A DNA stretch of 45,983 nucleotides, from the NCBI GenBank assembly GCA_913050645.1, contig CAJXAG010000001.1, positions 1-45,983 of the forward strand, read 5' to 3'. This DNA comes from an uncultured bacterium. GTDB taxonomy: Bacteria; Patescibacteriota; Minisyncoccia; Phycocordibacterales; UBA918. Below are positions 16,246 to 25,446 of the stretch, in pieces. The notes beneath the pieces are model-generated. The model was not told the origin of the DNA. It searched no databases and was given only the letters and a program-made list of their open reading frames with translations. The position numbers and the translations under genes are program-made. Position 1 is the first letter of the stretch. Each line of letters begins with the position of its first letter.

Positions 16246-17042
16246 AAGATGAAGATGACGAAAGAAGCTAAAATAATTCTGTACCAAATGAACGGCCATA
16301 GCGTGTGCTTTTTTAGAAAACTAATCATAAAATGAATGGCAGCAAGACCGATTAAAAATGACACCGCTGCCCCCACTGTCACCGGGAGCCACGCAACTGA
16401 TTCGTTGCTGGCCAATAGCTCAAGAAATTTCTTCAAACCCGCTCCAGTAATGACCGGTACGGCCATCAAAAATGCAAACCGCGTTGCCTCCGAACGAGAA
16501 AGTCCCAGCATCATACCTCCAGAAATAGTTGCTCCCGACCGAGACATCCCCGGAATAAGTGCAAGTGCTTGAAAAAGCCCTATCTTGAAACCTTTTTTGG
16601 GACTCATGGTATTGGTCTGTGGGCGATTTTGATACACCCATTCTGCATATATAAAAAACACTGATCCTGCAATCAGTACACCTGCCACCAGAAGCGGATG
16701 TCGAAACGTTTTCTCCATAAGTGACTCAAGGAAAAATCCAAGCACCACTGCAGGTATCGTTGCTACTAACAACGAATACAATAGGGTCTCATCGCGTTTA
16801 TTTACCGGCAAGCGTCCAAGCTTACGCAACCCCGCTTGTGTTAGTTGCCAGATATCGGGAAAGAAATACACGATTACTGCGGTTGCTGTTGCTAAATGCA
16901 AAACTGCATCAAAAGCAAGACCGTACGCGTCTTCGACTCCAAAGAGAGCACGTACGAGAATCAGGTGCCCTGTCGAAGAAACGGGAAGGAATTCTGTTAG
17001 ACCTTGCACTACACCCAGCATCACCGCTTCGAAAATAGTCAT
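16233..17042 (-). CDS. uppP: undecaprenyl-diphosphate phosphatase
   Basis: EFLPVSSTGH and PGMSRSGATISGG motifs of the BacA/UppP family. I prefer the start at MTIFEA (17042). Confidence 0.9.
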   Translation of the reverse strand: MTIFEAVMLGVVQGLTEFLPVSSTGHLILVRALFGVEDAYGLAFDAVLHLATATAVIVYFFPDIWQLTQAGLRKLGRLPVNKRDETLLYSLLVATIPAVVLGFFLESLMEKTFRHPLLVAGVLIAGSVFFIYAEWVYQNRPQTNTMSPKKGFKIGLFQALALIPGMSRSGATISGGMMLGLSRSEATRFAFLMAVPVITGAGLKKFLELLASNESVAWLPVTVGAAVSFLIGLAAIHFMISFLKKHTLWPFIWYRIILASFVIFIFVFG

Positions 17043-17192
17043 ATTGTAGAAATAGTTTAAAACGCACATCGCTAGGATTAATAAAATAGTTTCGTACCTT
17101 TATGCGCTGAGAAGTTTCAAACCACTTCTTATATTTTAGCCCTTTATAGACACATCTTCCACTTTATCCTAGGTATAAAGGTAAATTGTGCA

Positions 17193-17201
17193 TGTTATAA
17201 T
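17193..17201 (+). promoter_or_regulatory. extended -10 element upstream of DsbA-like gene
   Basis: TGtTATAAT at 17193-17201, 31 nt before the ATG. No clear -35. Confidence 0.3.
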
Positions 17202-17232
17202 TTTTATATATCACTATATGTAAAGATTATCT

Positions 17233-18009
17233 ATGGAGCCTGAAACAACACAAGAAAATATACGGGCACAAGCGCCAGCATCACAAGCACAAAATCCTTT
17301 TATCATTCCAGGAGCAATCCTTATTGGTTTTGCAATGATCGCCGCTGCCATCTACTTCAGCGGGGGCTTTGGTGGAGGAAGCACTACGCCTATTGTTGCA
17401 CAAGAACAGCCAAAAGAAGCTCAAGAAGTTGGATCAATTCGTCCTATTAACGAGGATGATCACGTTCTTGGGAATCCAAACGCACCAATTGTCATTATAG
17501 AATACTCAGACTATGACTGCCCATTCTGTAAAAAATTCCACGAAACAATGAAAAGCATTGTGGCAGACTACGGCCCAACTGGACAAGTTGCGTGGGTGTA
17601 CCGACAATTCCCAATTGACCAGCTCCATCCAAACGCTACCGGTATTGCGCTCGCTTCTGAATGTGTGGCAGACCTAGCTGGCAATGATGCCTTTTGGACT
17701 TTCACTGACCTTGTCTTCAGTGAACGTACCGCAGACGCGCCAACGAACACCACGAAGCTTGTAGATTATGCTGTCCAGGCCGGTGCAGATCAGACAGCGT
17801 TTGAAAGCTGTGTTTCAGAAGGAAAATTCATCGATCACATAACAGAAGAGTACCAAGAGGGTGTCGCCGCTGGTGTACAAGGTACTCCACACTCATTTGT
17901 GCAAGTTGCTGGTCAGCAAATTGTCATCAACGGTGCCCAGCCATATGAAAACGTAAAGCAAACCATTGAAACGATCTTAACCCAGGTTACCGGGGGTACC
18001 ACCGAGTAA
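17233..18009 (+). CDS. DsbA-family thioredoxin-fold thiol:disulfide oxidoreductase (membrane-anchored)
   Basis: N-terminal TM segment and a CPFC active site embedded in a thioredoxin/DsbA-like domain. Confidence 0.75.
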   Translation: MEPETTQENIRAQAPASQAQNPFIIPGAILIGFAMIAAAIYFSGGFGGGSTTPIVAQEQPKEAQEVGSIRPINEDDHVLGNPNAPIVIIEYSDYDCPFCKKFHETMKSIVADYGPTGQVAWVYRQFPIDQLHPNATGIALASECVADLAGNDAFWTFTDLVFSERTADAPTNTTKLVDYAVQAGADQTAFESCVSEGKFIDHITEEYQEGVAAGVQGTPHSFVQVAGQQIVINGAQPYENVKQTIETILTQVTGGTTE

Positions 18010-18028
18010 GAAATGTATCGCAAGCAAC

Positions 18029-18058
18029 AAAAAACCGACACTATTACGTCGGTTTTTT
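18029..18058. terminator. bidirectional terminator between DsbA-like gene and helicase (convergent)
   Basis: aaaaaaccgac ... gtcggtttttt, with an A-run and a T-run flanking a GC core. Confidence 0.6.
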
Positions 18059-18059
18059 G

Positions 18060-21000
18060 TTAGACAAGCAACTGTGCCAAGTGACAATACTCGCTTTCCT
18101 TTTCGTCACACGGCTTAGTCAGAAAATCACCTGCAATAATTTCTTTTGTGACCGTAATAATTTCTTGTTTGAGTACTGCAATCTCTTTCGCCGTTATCGT
18201 AAACGTCTCTTCGTGTATCACTCCCTTACTGTCGGGCTCTACAAACGACAGTGTCCCTGTGTTGGTTACATACCGCTCATCGTCATACAGTGAAAGGAGC
18301 AGGGCATAAAACACTAACTGTCTTTTATAGCCACCATCAGAGCTCGCAGTCTTTCCTTCAATCACATTTCGTGTCTTTGGCTTTCCTGTTTTGTAGTCAA
18401 CCACGCGCACCGCAAAGCCTTCATCGTTTAAGTCGAGTCGATCGAGCATACCGGTAAGTGGCAGCTCGGGAAGTTCAGGGATGTCAGTTTGCAACACTAC
18501 ACGTAGTTTCAGCTCTTCTTTGGTCTGTTTCGGCAATGTCGATTCCATATGCTGCATGTACCCATACAGCACCTCAAGACCCCGTGCATGCAGCCGTGTA
18601 TGATCTTCTGTGGTAATCGGCATACGCCCAAGTTCTACCTCTAACTTCTCTTTGACTTTCGTGTCGCTTGGAAATACACCGTCTGCCGTATGGTGCCCCG
18701 TAATATACTCAAGTGTATTATGCACTGCTGTACCAAACTGCATATGCACCGGCTGTACCTCAGGAATCCGGAGCACATTACGATAGAGGTAATCCCACGG
18801 ACTCCGTAAATAATTATTCAACGACGTCGCAGAAAATCCACGTTCAGCCAAAAGGTGTGTCAGAAGCTGGACGTCAATAGCAACAGACTTCTTGCTTTGC
18901 GTAAGCATTGCTGCTGGGTCAAACTGCTGCTCTGCTTCTGTGGTTTCCAGTGTTTGGTATACGTCATCTGCGATATCAGCAAAGAGTCGTGTGGTTTGCA
19001 ATTCCTTCCCGTCAGCATTTGTTTGTGAGCACGACAAGTGAAGCTCCTTCTTTGCACGTGTCATCACCACATAGAGCAAACGCCGCTCGTCATCTATCGG
19101 GTCAAAATCTTCTTCCTTCAGATGTTTCGTAACGGGAATATCGAAATACTTTCGCTTGGTAGACCCACCCCACGAACTATCTTGCAGGTGTGGTGCATAC
19201 ACGACCTCGAACTCCAACCCTTTGGACTTATGTGCGGTCATCACCTGCACCGCAGCTGAGTTTGTTGCGATGTATGGCGCATTCAGTGGTAGTCCATACT
19301 CACGAGCTGTTGTAAACACTGCCTCCACCTGCGCGAGCGTTCCCGCACCATCGCGTCGCACCAGCTCTTCTACCTCATCATAAATACGGCGCACCACCCG
19401 TGCTCCTTCAAATGGGTCGTGTTCCATAACGTGATCTAAAAATCCACTCTCTTGCAAAACAAACGCAAGTACCTGATGTGGTGCTTCGTGTACCTCACGC
19501 TTTCGTGCATCGTCGAGTACTTGTGATACGCGCAATACTGCTTCAATGTCCTCCACACCTATCTCCTTGAGTTTCTGCGCATCAGATAACAACGCTCCAA
19601 GCTGCAGAGTGTAGCTGCGGGCAGCAAGCACGCGCACCAAGTCATTATTACCAATTCCCCAATATGCTCCATGCAGCACGGTAAACAGCGCGAGCTGATC
19701 GCCGGCACTCACTACCGCGGCAATCAGACTCTGCACTGCCTGTGTTATCGGGTGTCGAAGAATATCACCATCTGCTGACGCCGTAACTGCAATGCCCTTT
19801 TTGCGAAGCATCTCTGCAAGTGCTTCCACTTCACGATTGGTGCGTACAATCACCGCAATCTCCTGTGCTTCTGTTCCCGTATCAATTTTTTGCTTTATTT
19901 CATTTGTTATCACCTCATCCTCAACTGCCTGATGCGAGAAGTCTTGATAGGATACCTGCGAAGCATGCACCGCTTCAGCAGACAGCGGCACACGCAAGTC
20001 CTTAAGTGGCCCGTCTTCAACTTCAACAAGCGAGTGTGCTGCATCGAGGATCTCCTGTCCAGAACGATAGTTTTCGGTTAGCGCAATCGTTTTGGTACCT
20101 TTAAACAAGTCTTCAAAATATAAAAAGTTCTCAAGCGATGCTCCCTGGAATCGATAAATAGCCTGCTTTTCATCACCTACTGCAAAAATATTTGGCGAAT
20201 CATGGTATGAAGCAAGTAATTCGAGTATTCTGTTCTGTGAACCGTTCACGTCCTGGTGTTCGTCAGCAAGAATGTACTGATACTGCTCTTGCAAGTCACG
20301 AAGCATATCTTCACTACTCTCAAGCGCATGAACACTCTGCGTAATCATGTCATCAAAGTCATAAAGTTTTTGCTCACTAAGGAGTTGCTGGTACGCTCGA
20401 TACACCGTAAGCAGCTCACGATTTTTTGTGATTGCCTTTTCTTTCTTGGTGTACTCACCGCGCACCTTTCCTTTATGGGCGCCCTTTTGGTGAATCTTTT
20501 CGATCCCCTGAAGGTCCTCTTCTTGTTGTGCAATTATTCTTGCAAACGCATCGGGAGTAAAGTACTCCTGCTTCAATGTTCCAATAATACGTAAAATGTG
20601 CGGTACGTAATACGCAGGGTTCCCCATTGGTCGCAATACGGTGTAGTCACCACTCTCAAGGACATCCTCAATAAGCTTTATCTTTTCAATATCGCTGGCG
20701 GGTCGCCCACCAATCACACGTTCAAACGCATCAGAGTATTCCTTAATCAACTTCCCAGCAAAACCATGAAAGGTAAAGATAGGGACACGGTATGCTTCGC
20801 TCCCCACATACCGCCGTAAGCGCTCACGCATCGCTTTTGCTCCTGACTCGGTAAAAGTAAGTGCGAGAATACTCTCTGGAGCGGTATCAGTCTTTAAAAG
20901 GATGTTCGCAATACGTAAGGTGAGGATCTGCGTTTTCCCGGTACCCGGACCCGCAATCACCATCACCGGACCTTCAACAGTATCTACTGCTTCTTTCTGA

Positions 21001-21065
21001 GCAGCGTTGAGCATCCCATACGCCTCTTTAAAAGCTTGTTCATTCATATCCATGTCTGTTGCCAT
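18060..21065 (-). CDS. UvrD/PcrA-type helicase fused to RecB-family PD-(D/E)XK nuclease
   Basis: AGPGTGKTQ (Walker A), LADEHQDVN (motif II) and a C-terminal VVDYKTGKP nuclease motif with terminal Cys residues. I prefer the start at MATDMDM (21065). Confidence 0.85.
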   Translation of the reverse strand: MATDMDMNEQAFKEAYGMLNAAQKEAVDTVEGPVMVIAGPGTGKTQILTLRIANILLKTDTAPESILALTFTESGAKAMRERLRRYVGSEAYRVPIFTFHGFAGKLIKEYSDAFERVIGGRPASDIEKIKLIEDVLESGDYTVLRPMGNPAYYVPHILRIIGTLKQEYFTPDAFARIIAQQEEDLQGIEKIHQKGAHKGKVRGEYTKKEKAITKNRELLTVYRAYQQLLSEQKLYDFDDMITQSVHALESSEDMLRDLQEQYQYILADEHQDVNGSQNRILELLASYHDSPNIFAVGDEKQAIYRFQGASLENFLYFEDLFKGTKTIALTENYRSGQEILDAAHSLVEVEDGPLKDLRVPLSAEAVHASQVSYQDFSHQAVEDEVITNEIKQKIDTGTEAQEIAVIVRTNREVEALAEMLRKKGIAVTASADGDILRHPITQAVQSLIAAVVSAGDQLALFTVLHGAYWGIGNNDLVRVLAARSYTLQLGALLSDAQKLKEIGVEDIEAVLRVSQVLDDARKREVHEAPHQVLAFVLQESGFLDHVMEHDPFEGARVVRRIYDEVEELVRRDGAGTLAQVEAVFTTAREYGLPLNAPYIATNSAAVQVMTAHKSKGLEFEVVYAPHLQDSSWGGSTKRKYFDIPVTKHLKEEDFDPIDDERRLLYVVMTRAKKELHLSCSQTNADGKELQTTRLFADIADDVYQTLETTEAEQQFDPAAMLTQSKKSVAIDVQLLTHLLAERGFSATSLNNYLRSPWDYLYRNVLRIPEVQPVHMQFGTAVHNTLEYITGHHTADGVFPSDTKVKEKLEVELGRMPITTEDHTRLHARGLEVLYGYMQHMESTLPKQTKEELKLRVVLQTDIPELPELPLTGMLDRLDLNDEGFAVRVVDYKTGKPKTRNVIEGKTASSDGGYKRQLVFYALLLSLYDDERYVTNTGTLSFVEPDSKGVIHEETFTITAKEIAVLKQEIITVTKEIIAGDFLTKPCDEKESEYCHLAQLLV

Positions 21066-21234
21066 ATTGCAGTAAGTATACCCTACCCTTACTTTAACGT
21101 CGTCGGATCGACACATATTCCTTTCGTCGCAACTCTTCAATTACAAGAACAGACGACTGGAACACGGCATCCAACGTTACAAGTCGACGTTTAAGTCAAT
21201 GTGGCAACTACATTACTTCTATGTATACATAAAG

Positions 21235-21789
21235 TCATGTCACACTTCCTGTCTTTGCTAATATACAACGCAAAAGTAAAGGTCGGGGTATACCAAAAAT
21301 AAAGAGCGTCTCATGCCAGACGCTCTTTTGGTTTTTATGTCTACGCTGCGGCAACTGACGTATTTGCAGACTCTGACTCCAATGCCAGAGAAACCAAACA
21401 CCATCTTCACCACGCTGATTCCAAAGTGGGATCACCGTTATGGTCGTATAGTTTAGCTCGTGCAGAATACTCCGAACAAGTGCCGTGGCCTTCAGGATGT
21501 CTTCTTTATGTCGCACATCGTCAACAGGGTGGCCGGCACATTCAGCATGGCCAGAAACAAAAATAATTTCTGACCCATGATTTCCAATAGATACAGGAAG
21601 CTGATCACGCAGCTTTTGCACAAACAGTGCATGCTTCGGATGGCCCACATCGGCCAAAACCCCTACGGTACCAGGCCCATCACAGACACTGTCTACAAAC
21701 AATCCTTGTGCATAATCCTGCACCGCTTTCTTGTCTCGACCGTCCATGCACCATACCGCACCGGCGAATTTTTCATTTTTTGCGCTCAT
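21235..21789 (-). CDS. small beta-carbonic-anhydrase-like zinc-site protein (uncertain 3' end)
   Basis: CMDGR and FVSGHAECAG resemble the two beta-CA zinc-ligand signatures (C-x-D-x-R; G-H-x-x-C). The last ~55 codons read through a terminator-like hairpin at 21301-21328. Confidence 0.35.
   Translation of the reverse strand: MSAKNEKFAGAVWCMDGRDKKAVQDYAQGLFVDSVCDGPGTVGVLADVGHPKHALFVQKLRDQLPVSIGNHGSEIIFVSGHAECAGHPVDDVRHKEDILKATALVRSILHELNYTTITVIPLWNQRGEDGVWFLWHWSQSLQIRQLPQRRHKNQKSVWHETLFIFGIPRPLLLRCILAKTGSVT
21301..21328 (-). terminator. terminator-like hairpin lying inside the 3' part of ORF 21235..21789
   Basis: aaagagcgtc / gacgctcttt, a 10-bp stem. On the minus strand it is followed by atttttgg. 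Confidence 0.4.
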
Positions 21790-21969
21790 AGTTTTTCCTT
21801 ATGTTCAATTACTGTTCTGGTGAACACTTGTCACACAGTGGGCCATACTACGCCTATTTATACGAAAAGCAACCCTCTTTAAACACAGTTTTGACAGACC
21901 GAAAATCATGTATCAAACCTGCATAACTACACTATACAAATGAAATAACAAGAGTATGATACCAACCTT

Positions 21970-22428
21970 ATGGAAGTAAAAGATATTGTAAAAGAAGCAG
22001 TCACCATTGGCGAAGAAGCCTCTTTCAAAGACGCTATTGCTCTCATGATTAATGAAAAGACCAACTCTTTATTAGTAACAGATGGAGATGGTGTATTAAT
22101 CGGAGAAGTAACCGTATCAGACTTACTCGAAGCTATTGTCCCTGAGTACCTCTCAGGTGACAGTGTAGCGGCTCACTTTGCAACAGGAGCAATGTTTGAC
22201 GAAGCTGTCGAACATGCAGCAGAAAAGCAAGTGCAATTTTTCATGACCACAGACATCAGTCCGGTGCAAGAAACTGAAAGCGCTATGGCAGTTGCAGCTA
22301 ATGCAATTGCGCACAGGCGTGTTCGCATTCCCGTTGTAGACGCAAATGGCAAACCGGTTGGTATTATTTCTCGCCGAGGCCTGAAACACATTATCGGCAA
22401 CGCACTACATATTACTGACGAAAAATAA
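21970..22428 (+). CDS. CBS domain pair protein
   Basis: 152 aa with two CBS-like repeats (…LLVTDGDGVLIGEVTVSDLL… and …RIPVVDANGKPVGIISRRGL…). Confidence 0.8.
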   Translation: MEVKDIVKEAVTIGEEASFKDAIALMINEKTNSLLVTDGDGVLIGEVTVSDLLEAIVPEYLSGDSVAAHFATGAMFDEAVEHAAEKQVQFFMTTDISPVQETESAMAVAANAIAHRRVRIPVVDANGKPVGIISRRGLKHIIGNALHITDEK

Positions 22429-22436
22429 TACTGAAC

Positions 22437-23807
22437 ATGGAAACAATTGAGCTTATTGCGCTGCTTATTTTTGGCGTTACATTTTTCTACATTCTGAACG
22501 AACGTATCCACCGTACAGTCATTGGATTGTTTGGTGCGATGACCATGCTTCTTGCGGGTATGTTTTTTGACTTTTATGGTCCCGAAGACCTGCTTGAAGT
22601 TGTAGATTTCAACACACTTGGACTTCTCTTCGGCATGATGCTTTTAGTCGGCATGCTTGAGCACACAGGAGCTTTTCAGTACCTCGGTATCTGGACAGCA
22701 AAGAAAACAAAGGGAAACCCGTGGCTTTTGATGGTTGCGCTTTCGGGGATTACCGCGGGTCTTTCAATGATTCTCGATAACGTCACCACGATCATTTTGA
22801 TTGTACCAATTACGATTATCATTGCTGAGATGATCAAAATAAACCCAACGCCAATTCTTATGGCAGAAGCATTACTTTCAAATGTTGGTGGTACCGGAAC
22901 ACTCGTTGGGGACCCGCCAAATATCATGATCGGGTCTGCAGCTGGATTTTCATTTAACGACTTCTTGATCCACACACTACCGGTTGTACTTATTACCTGG
23001 GTACTGACGCTTGCATTCTTCCGTGTGCTCTTCCGTAAGGACCTAAAAAAGAAACCTCAAAACGTCGAGCAGCTCTTAGCAATGAACGAGAAAGAAGCGA
23101 TTACTGATCCAAAGACACTGAAAAAGCTCCTAGTTGTCTTTGCAATCGTCGTTATTCTGTTTTTCCTACACTCCGCCTTGCACCTTGAGGCTGCAATGGT
23201 TGCACTTATCGGTGCCGCGCTTGCACTTATCTGGATCGCACCACAACATGACCCTCAGAAAGTCATTGAGAAATGTGAACTTTCGGTACTTCTTTTCTTT
23301 GGCTCGCTCTTTGTGATTGTCGGCGGGCTTGAAAATGCCGGAGTCCTTGAGCGTGCGGCACAGTTCATAACCAGTAACGCTGAAAACAGTCTGCTTATGA
23401 CTGCACTTATTATCCTTTGGGCGAGTGCCATTCTCTCAGCAATTGTTGATAACATTCCACTGACCGTAGCAATGATCCCGATTATCACCTATCTCGGCTC
23501 ACAGGGCATTCCCGTGGAACTCCTCTGGTGGGCACTGGCACTGGGTGTTGGCTTCGGCGGAAACGGCTCACCGATTGGCTCGACTGCAGGTGTGATTGTG
23601 GTGGCAAAGTCTGAAAAAACTGATAATCCAATTTCGTTTATCGACTGGATAAAGCAGGGTGTCCCAACCATGATACTCGGTCTCGTCATTGCTACCATCG
23701 CATTGACCGTCTTCACTGAATACTTCATGGAAGACCCGGCAACGGTCTATGCGGTAGAAGTCACTGAAACTAACAAAGAAATACCATACTCTGTTTCTTC
23801 AGACTAA
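22437..23807 (+). CDS. ArsB/NhaD (SLC13/CitMHS-like) permease superfamily transporter
   Basis: 456 aa, polytopic. Duplicated LDNVTT / VDNIPLT hairpin-loop motifs are typical of the ion-transporter superfamily. Confidence 0.8.
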   Translation: METIELIALLIFGVTFFYILNERIHRTVIGLFGAMTMLLAGMFFDFYGPEDLLEVVDFNTLGLLFGMMLLVGMLEHTGAFQYLGIWTAKKTKGNPWLLMVALSGITAGLSMILDNVTTIILIVPITIIIAEMIKINPTPILMAEALLSNVGGTGTLVGDPPNIMIGSAAGFSFNDFLIHTLPVVLITWVLTLAFFRVLFRKDLKKKPQNVEQLLAMNEKEAITDPKTLKKLLVVFAIVVILFFLHSALHLEAAMVALIGAALALIWIAPQHDPQKVIEKCELSVLLFFGSLFVIVGGLENAGVLERAAQFITSNAENSLLMTALIILWASAILSAIVDNIPLTVAMIPIITYLGSQGIPVELLWWALALGVGFGGNGSPIGSTAGVIVVAKSEKTDNPISFIDWIKQGVPTMILGLVIATIALTVFTEYFMEDPATVYAVEVTETNKEIPYSVSSD

Positions 23808-23819
23808 ATGCCGTATACC

Positions 23820-23863
23820 GTGCAACAAAAAACTGCGACTTCAGTCGCAGTTTTTTGTTGCAC
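23820..23863 (+). terminator. 20-bp perfect-stem hairpin after the transporter gene
   Basis: gtgcaacaaaaaactgcgac-ttca-gtcgcagttttttgttgcac. Confidence 0.6.
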
Positions 23864-23894
23864 ACAAGAAAATCCAGGTGTACACTTAAGTCAT

Positions 23895-24344
23895 ATGGAA
23901 CTGAAAGACATAACAAAAGAAGCGGTCATTATTTCAGAAAACGGCACCTTTGCTGAAGCACTTGATATGATGCTCAACAACCACACCAACACGCTACTTG
24001 TATCGGGCGAAGATGGCATACTCGTGGGCGAAGTATCAGTATCAGACCTTTTTGAAGGAATGATCCCTATAACAGAGGATGGTGACGCGGCAATGGCACA
24101 CTTTGCAGACGAAATGCACTTCAAGGAAGCACTCCATAACGCAAAAGAAACACCGGTGTTTGAATTTATGTCTTCAGACTTCCACGCGATTACTCCTGAT
24201 GATGATCTTGTAGCTGTGGCAGCAATTGCAGTTGGACACGGACGTGCGCGCATGCCAATTGTTGATCACGAAAACAGACCTATCGGTATGGTCTCACGAC
24301 AAGGCTTAAAACAAATTCTTGGTAAATACATGCACCAACGATAA
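23895..24344 (+). CDS. CBS domain pair protein (paralog of 21970..22428)
   Basis: MELKDITKEAVIISENG... parallels MEVKDIVKEAVTIGEEA... of the upstream CBS gene. I prefer ATG 23895 because the ORF-track start (23808) precedes the 23820-23863 terminator hairpin. Confidence 0.75.
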   Translation: MELKDITKEAVIISENGTFAEALDMMLNNHTNTLLVSGEDGILVGEVSVSDLFEGMIPITEDGDAAMAHFADEMHFKEALHNAKETPVFEFMSSDFHAITPDDDLVAVAAIAVGHGRARMPIVDHENRPIGMVSRQGLKQILGKYMHQR

Positions 24345-24366
24345 AAAGCGCCCATAGGCGCTTTTT
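24343..24366. terminator. bidirectional terminator between convergent genes
   Basis: aaaaagcgcc-cata-ggcgcttttt. It overlaps the stop codon of the minus-strand membrane protein gene. Confidence 0.6.
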
Positions 24367-25144
24367 ATAGCTTATCGTCAAGATAGACCTCGTACACAGT
24401 TCCGATAAAAAACGGTAACGCAAACAGCAATATAATTTCCTCAAGTGGTACACTCTGACCATAAAATGATATCGTAGCGATATACTCTTGTGTATATCCA
24501 AATACCTTGTACACATTTGCAGATGCAAGAAAGAGGTATATACCTGATGGTACTGCTGCAATAAGTGAGAAATCAATAATACGATCGAAAAATGGTACCG
24601 ACAGACTCTTATGGAGTATCAGGATAGCCAACGCAGAACCAACGAGAATGCCAATCATCCACAGGTATGAGTACGGCAGAAAAATACTATCTGCAACATA
24701 CCGCTGAATTCCTATGAGCACCACTACCGCTACCGAAAAGACTGCAAAAAAGCCAAAACGCTGCCACGCACTTCGCGGTGAGTATATTCCATCGTCAAAA
24801 AACACCTCATACAAAAGTGCCAAGAAAACAACTTGGAATACAATTACAATAAGCATCTCAAGTGGCACAAGATTAAACACACGAGTTTCCATGATTCCGA
24901 TGCTATACCAAAGACCGTACATATGCGCGATACCTTCAAGCAAAAAAGCCACGCCAGCACCAAGTACAGTAACCGACAGCAGTACCATAGGTGGAGCTAC
25001 CGTGAAGCGTGCAAGTGCCAGCGCAGGAACTGCAAAAAGTACCAAAGCAGAAACGAGCATGCCGGCGTCAAACACAAACAGACTCCACAACGCAAGCGTG
25101 TAGTAAAGTACGATTATAGAAAACAAAAGAACCGTTCGATGCAT
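24365..25144 (-). CDS. polytopic membrane protein, possible lycopene-cyclase-domain (CrtYc/Yd-like) repeat protein
   Basis: 259 aa with about 7-8 TM spans. Two h-P-h-E-E/M-h motifs (LVPLEMLIVIVF and SVPLEEIILLFALPFF) resemble the conserved motif of heterodimeric lycopene cyclase domains. The family assignment is tentative. Confidence 0.45.
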   Translation of the reverse strand: MHRTVLLFSIIVLYYTLALWSLFVFDAGMLVSALVLFAVPALALARFTVAPPMVLLSVTVLGAGVAFLLEGIAHMYGLWYSIGIMETRVFNLVPLEMLIVIVFQVVFLALLYEVFFDDGIYSPRSAWQRFGFFAVFSVAVVVLIGIQRYVADSIFLPYSYLWMIGILVGSALAILILHKSLSVPFFDRIIDFSLIAAVPSGIYLFLASANVYKVFGYTQEYIATISFYGQSVPLEEIILLFALPFFIGTVYEVYLDDKL

Positions 25145-25170
25145 AATTTAGTCCCCTACATTGTACCAAA

Positions 25171-25209
25171 TACAAAAGCACGGAAAGCGAAGCTTTCCGT
25201 GCTTTTGTA
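25171..25209 (-). terminator. 18-bp hairpin, ACAAAAGCACGG stem family (copy 1), end of dnaG-rpoD unit
   Basis: tacaaaagcacggaaagc-gaa-gctttccgtgcttttgta. Confidence 0.6.
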
Positions 25210-25229
25210 TAAAACTCAATCTTCCTTTA

Positions 25230-25446
25230 CTCAAATCCTGCTACCGAGATGAGATACGCTGCGTGAGAAAGTACTCAACGTACTTTCGCAAGAGGTTGTC
25301 TATGATTCTGAAGTCATGAAGAATCATGGCAACCTAAACAGCTTCAGTAAGAAGCAAGAAAAATTGCCGGAGCCGTACTTAGTGGTACGGTGACCGGCAA
25401 TTTTTTGCAGTCCAACAAAGTAGCTCGCTCGTTAGTAGGATTTGAG
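25230..25446 (-). repeat. gene-3'-end structured element, extended copy (after rpoD)
   Basis: Core at 25351-25423 (gaagcaag-aaaaattgccgg-ag-[ccgtac/gtacgg]-tga-ccggcaattttt-gcagtccaacaaagtag), plus two extra hairpins (25267-25287, 25302-25327). The outer helix pairs 25230-25243 with 25433-25446 and overlaps the rpoD stop codon. Confidence 0.6.
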
